NCBI GenBank assembly: GCA_963664225.1 | Contig: OY760937.1 | Location: 1,440,001 to 1,504,000 of the forward strand | Length of the DNA stretch: 64,000 nt | Reading direction: 5' to 3' | Origin: Verrucomicrobiia bacterium | GTDB lineage: Bacteria > Verrucomicrobiota > Verrucomicrobiia > Limisphaerales > UBA1319 | Part shown: piece by piece, positions 60,000 to 64,000 of the stretch | How positions within the stretch are numbered: position 1 is the first letter of the stretch | Layout: every line of letters starts with the position of its first letter | The notes under the pieces: generated by a model | Databases searched by the model: none | Told to the model about the DNA's origin: nothing | The model's input: the letters and a program-made list of their open reading frames with translations, nothing else | Program-made: the position numbers and the translations under genes

Positions 60000-60774
60000 A
60001 ACAGATTGGCTTTGGCCATTTTCCTTGAAACACCTTATTGTCTCCGGCGATGCTTTTCGAGTTATTTTATATCATATCCTTATAAAATGTTTGGAGGGGG
60101 CCTTATATTGTTTAACCGGAGATGGTCTTCCAACTCATATAGATGACGCAACGCCGGATAAAGCGGTGCATTCTGAAAGCCTGAATAATGCCTAATATTA
60201 TGCCTAATATTATTGCAATATTACTGATGGTGAAAGGGTTTACACATGAGGCCCGCCTCCCTAAATGGCCGGGCGTTGGCAGGACATCCCCGTTGGGTGA
60301 GACGCTCAATTAATTCTGCAAATTCTTGGTGGTCCTGTGGTAACGCAAGCGCACGAAATTCCAGGAAGTTAACCCCTGGTCTTTATAAACCTGATTCTGT
60401 GTTCGTAAGCGACTTAATATCAAAGCTTTTTGGTTCAGCAAATATCCATCGTCCGGCCCCAAGGCTCGTCTGCTTTCAACTTGTGCCAATGCTTCCTCAC
60501 CGCGTACGTCCTCTGACAATGCCATGCTGAACCAGAAGCGGACATCTTTCCATTTCCGGTCACGCTCTGGCGAGATAGGTTATGCAACCTTGAAGCACCG
60601 AATTGCTTCGATTGGTTTCTCGTCAAACAAAAGGACAAAAGGAGAGTCGTTGCTGTTAGTGGCGAGATGAAATGGATGCAAAACGGGCGGTTTGAAATGG
60701 GATCTTCTTCGTGTTGGTTTTCTTCAAGGTGAGGTTGCTTCGATTTGACGGACACAGGAGCGGAGCGAAACTTA

Positions 60775-61128
60775 ATGAAAAACCGTATGAAGCAATCTGT
60801 GATTCCCGATTCCAAGACTCATCCGAAGTATGATTCTGCATTTAAGCAGGAAGCCGTGAACCTCTGGAAATCCAGCGGGAAATCGGCAGCCACGGTGGCG
60901 GCTGAGTTGGGGATAAAAATGGAGCGGCTCTATGCCTGGCGCGCAAAATATGTGCCGCTGCCAACAGGGGAAGGAGCCGAAACAAAGACCCGTGAGCAGT
61001 TGCTGGCCGACAATGCCGCTTTGTTGCGCGAACTGGACTATGTGCGCCAGCAGCGGGAGATTCTAAAAAAAACGTTGGGAATTCTTTCGGACCCCCAGAG
61101 CAACGCTATCAACGGGTTGAAGCGATGA
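60775..61128 (+). CDS. IS3 transposase OrfA
   Basis: KYDSAFKQEAV...VAAELGI...LYAWR...REILKK; A8 slippery run at 61065-61072. Confidence 0.9.
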   Translation: MKNRMKQSVIPDSKTHPKYDSAFKQEAVNLWKSSGKSAATVAAELGIKMERLYAWRAKYVPLPTGEGAETKTREQLLADNAALLRELDYVRQQREILKKTLGILSDPQSNAINGLKR

Positions 61129-61967
61129 AAGTCGATCATCCCATCCGCCTGCTCTGTGAGGCCTTTGATGTGTCTTTTAGCGGCTACTATGATTGGTGCC
61201 GACGGCAAATCCAGCCTTCGTTGCGTGCCCGTCAGGACGCCGTATTGAAAGGGACCATCACAACGATTTTCAATGGCAGCCGCAAAACCTATGGCAGCCC
61301 GCGCATCCAGATCGCCTTGAAGCACCAGGGGCACTGCCATGGTCGCAACCACATCGCCCGTTTAATGCGCCAGGAAGGCCTGCAGGCGCGTTCTAAAAAG
61401 CGTTTCAAGGTCCGAACCACCGACAGCAATCATGATCAGCCCATTGCCCCCAACCGGCTGGCTCAAGCCGCGCCACCGGACCAACGCAATCAGACTTGGG
61501 TCGGGGACATCACCTACATTGCCACCGATGAAGGCTGGCTCTATCTCGCTGGCATTGAAGACCTTTACAGCCGCCGCATCGTGGGTTGGGGCATGAGCGA
61601 GCACATTGACACCGAACTGGTCCTGTCGGCCTGGAACATGGCCTGCATTCAGCGGCAACCCGAACCCGGATTGCTCTTTCATTCAGACCGGGGAGTCCAG
61701 TATGCCAGTCAGGATTATCGCCGGGCGATGGAAACCTCCGGTGCCCTGGCGAGCATGAGCCGCAGTGGCAACTGCTATGACAACGCGGCCATGGAATCCT
61801 TTTGGAGCACCCTTAAACAAGAACTGGTTTATCGCCGGGTCTTTGCGACCCGAGCCCAGGCCCGACAGGCCATCTTTGATTACATCGAGACCTTCTATAA
61901 TCGACAGCGTTTACACAGCACACTCAATTACATGTCTCCTGTTGACTTTGAAAATATATCCAAATAA
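61125..61967 (+). CDS. IS3 transposase OrfB (DDE), in the -1 frame
   Basis: YGSPRI, WVGDITYI, HSDRGVQY, CYDNAAMESF, YNRQRLHS. Confidence 0.93.
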   Translation: MKVDHPIRLLCEAFDVSFSGYYDWCRRQIQPSLRARQDAVLKGTITTIFNGSRKTYGSPRIQIALKHQGHCHGRNHIARLMRQEGLQARSKKRFKVRTTDSNHDQPIAPNRLAQAAPPDQRNQTWVGDITYIATDEGWLYLAGIEDLYSRRIVGWGMSEHIDTELVLSAWNMACIQRQPEPGLLFHSDRGVQYASQDYRRAMETSGALASMSRSGNCYDNAAMESFWSTLKQELVYRRVFATRAQARQAIFDYIETFYNRQRLHSTLNYMSPVDFENISK

Positions 61968-62279
61968 CCTATATGTGTCTTCTGTGTCCGATTTATCGAA
62001 GCAAGCCCAAGGGACTCTTCTTCCTTCTTCATCTTTTTGATCTTTCTTTAGCCTTCTTTTCTTCCCTTATTTCTCTCTACTTTTCGGGGTTGGTTCCTTT
62101 TGATTTTGGAACCGATGAACACCGCCCGCCATCGCCGCCGTATCTTACAAGACGCCTGTTTGGAGCAAAGTCGTGCAATACAAGAGGTTGTGCCAAGCCC
62201 TTCACCTCGTAACTTGCAAGACCTCTGTTCAATGCAAATCCCTTTGGTTGTTGGTTTTATCTCCATGCTCGTCGGTAGC

Positions 62280-62441
62280 TGAGCCGGTTTGCGGGGTGGG
62301 TGAGTTTGACCCCACGCCTTCAAGGCGTTTGAGGACGGCAGCCCGATCCAGGGCGAGCTCCCGCGCAAACTTGGGCTTGGACCACCCCTTATCGAATAGG
62401 ACAACAATGGTTTGTTGGTGAAGCATTTTAAGTTGATTCGG
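62280..62441 (-). pseudogene. IS21 IstA N-terminal remnant
   Basis: NQLKM..QQTIVVLFDKGWSK.KFARELALDR.AV HTH stub, truncated after PQTGS. Confidence 0.6.
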
Positions 62442-63296
62442 AGCCCCTCGGAGGGGCGATGTTTCGGTGGCCCACGCTCGAGGTTTGTCGTGCCGTCTAT
62501 TCAGGGGGCGGTGAGCGGCGGGAACGGACTTTCGCATCCCAATTCGTGTTCCCGCCGATCGTTGCGCGTAACGGACTCACCCGCCTGGTCAAAGACAATC
62601 TTCCTTCCGCGCGTGGGGAATATAATTGTCATTAGCCAATTTCTGGAATATTGGCCTAGTTCAACGGCTGCCAGGGATAGAAAACAGATGGGATGTGGTA
62701 TTGGGTTCGTTGGAGCTTTTGGTGGTACATGGGGTGCAGATGTAAATCGCTCCTAGTGATTCGGAATGCGGCCTCAGCTTGTTGGATTTTGAATAACTTT
62801 GCCTTTGTTGATCGGCCTCTTTCTCGATGAACTTGAACCGCAGCAGTTAAGCGCAACACGCGCGTCTCCCCCATTGGAAGCAGTCAATCCTGTTGCCACT
62901 GGGCGGCAGACAGGCTTGCCGGGTTTGGTTTGCATTGACGCTGCCCTTGTAGAGTTTGGCTGCAGCCGAATAGCGTTCCCGCCATCTGCCATTCGCCGCT
63001 CCACCCTGGCTGGATTTGTGTCGGGCACTAACCAAGCGCATGGTCACTATTCATAAACTCGCCGAGCGCTCAGAATCGGTCGGCAACCGTGCCAAATCCT
63101 CCGACGCCCAAATGTGACGTCGTTGCGAGGCACTCTCACTACTCACACTCGCAGGATGCACCACCCCCCCGCACCGAATCAAGATGCTGTTCCTCAGTCA
63201 CGCCAATAAGCGCAAGATTCGAACAATGGCTAATTCCTGCTTTGATCAGCGCGCATCGGATCACAGAGTGCTTTTTTAAAGCGGGCCTCGAGGCTG

Positions 63297-64000
63297 CTAC
63301 TTAACCCAACCGCCCCAGCCAAAAACAAGGAATACATAGAAGCCAGAAAACAATACAATAGGGACAAAACGGGCGCGTGATCTTTCGGAATCTGCGAGGC
63401 GCGTTTCGCGCAACGCCAGTGACATACCGACCAGCAAGAGCGACATGGCTGCAATGGAGAGGGTCGGAAGCGTGAGCCACGCCAACGGCTGGGGCATGAT
63501 TTTGGAGTTCATTTTAATGGCTGTCCTCACTCCGGTTGGATCGGTCCAGGCGTATGGGATAAATCCCACCCATGAAGTGAACTTCTCCAATCCCTTGGCC
63601 ATGTGTCCTGTGGCAACCACAACAACCATGGGCAGCGCAAGGCGACGCCATGCGTCACCCAGAGATTTTGCACCGCCCAATACCATCGTTAGACTCCCTA
63701 AGAGCGTCCAGAGCAGGAGCGGCAAGATGAGAATCGTCCACAAACCTTGAATCCAACCGTTTGCAGAACTGAGGTTGAATGCCATGCTGATTTGCCTGGG
63801 CACCCACAGAAACACGGTTTCGGCTGATTTCCAGACGCCACTGAGTTCGTATGTTACAAAACCGGAGACGATAATCACGAATAATGTCACCGGCCATGAA
63901 GCAAGTTGTTCGCGGGCGTCAGCTTTTGAGAAGGGCGCACGAATGAGGAGTTGCATTGCATCGGTTGTGTCCGCCTTAATGCAATCACCGCACACCAGAC
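63297..64000 (-). CDS. Membrane protein with 4Fe-4S-type Cys cluster (5' partial)
   Basis: LVCGDCIKA at the window edge followed by several TM helices; N-terminus outside the window. Confidence 0.6.
   Translation of the reverse strand, partial: LVCGDCIKADTTDAMQLLIRAPFSKADAREQLASWPVTLFVIIVSGFVTYELSGVWKSAETVFLWVPRQISMAFNLSSANGWIQGLWTILILPLLLWTLLGSLTMVLGGAKSLGDAWRRLALPMVVVVATGHMAKGLEKFTSWVGFIPYAWTDPTGVRTAIKMNSKIMPQPLAWLTLPTLSIAAMSLLLVGMSLALRETRLADSERSRARFVPIVLFSGFYVFLVFGWGGWVK

Larger units (their letters stand above)
60730..62009 (+). mobile_element. Complete IS3-family insertion sequence
   Basis: IRL TGAGGTTGCTTCGATTTGACGGACACAG, IRR (rc) TGGGCTTGCTTCGATAAATCGGACACAG; 3-bp direct repeat AGG at 60727-60729 and 62010-62012. 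Confidence 0.95.

Overview
Bacterial chromosomal window. Gene content (prepilin/H-X9-DG protein, Planctomycete-type cytochrome c, Tat-exported Gfo/Idh/MocA proteins, Verrucomicrobia-style secreted proteins) suggests Verrucomicrobiota, subdivision 3-like; this is an inference. Bases 1-36.4 kb are mostly core or ordinary genes: (i) a putative copper/ECF-sigma cluster, including a >1097-aa cupredoxin-Ig-TIGR03118-CHRD protein that the ORF track misses because it runs off the left edge, with matching divergent ECF promoters; (ii) a wzm/wzt polysaccharide operon; (iii) cca, an NtrC-like regulator, ispF, aas, glnD, a TPP riboswitch with thiC, sugar genes and mpl. From about 36.4 kb to the end is a mosaic accessory region. 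It holds a catalytically degenerate class II glutamine amidotransferase-like gene with decayed repeats, an XRE regulator with a tandem ribbon-helix-helix gene, IS66 and IS4 remnants each hit by a group II intron (one a complete-ended, RT-deleted 956-nt intron whose EBS1 matches its insertion site), and a signal-peptide Rhs toxin (2017 aa) paired with a 977-aa secreted partner. It also has an orphan Xre/MbcA antitoxin, acr3 and Dam pseudogenes, vapBC, a tyrosine recombinase with an adjacent dif-like core site, an intact IS3 with a 3-bp target duplication and an IS21 stub. The best candidates for an under-described system are the Sec-type Rhs/partner locus and the ECF-controlled copper cluster. 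All family calls come from motif recognition by eye; no database searches were run.
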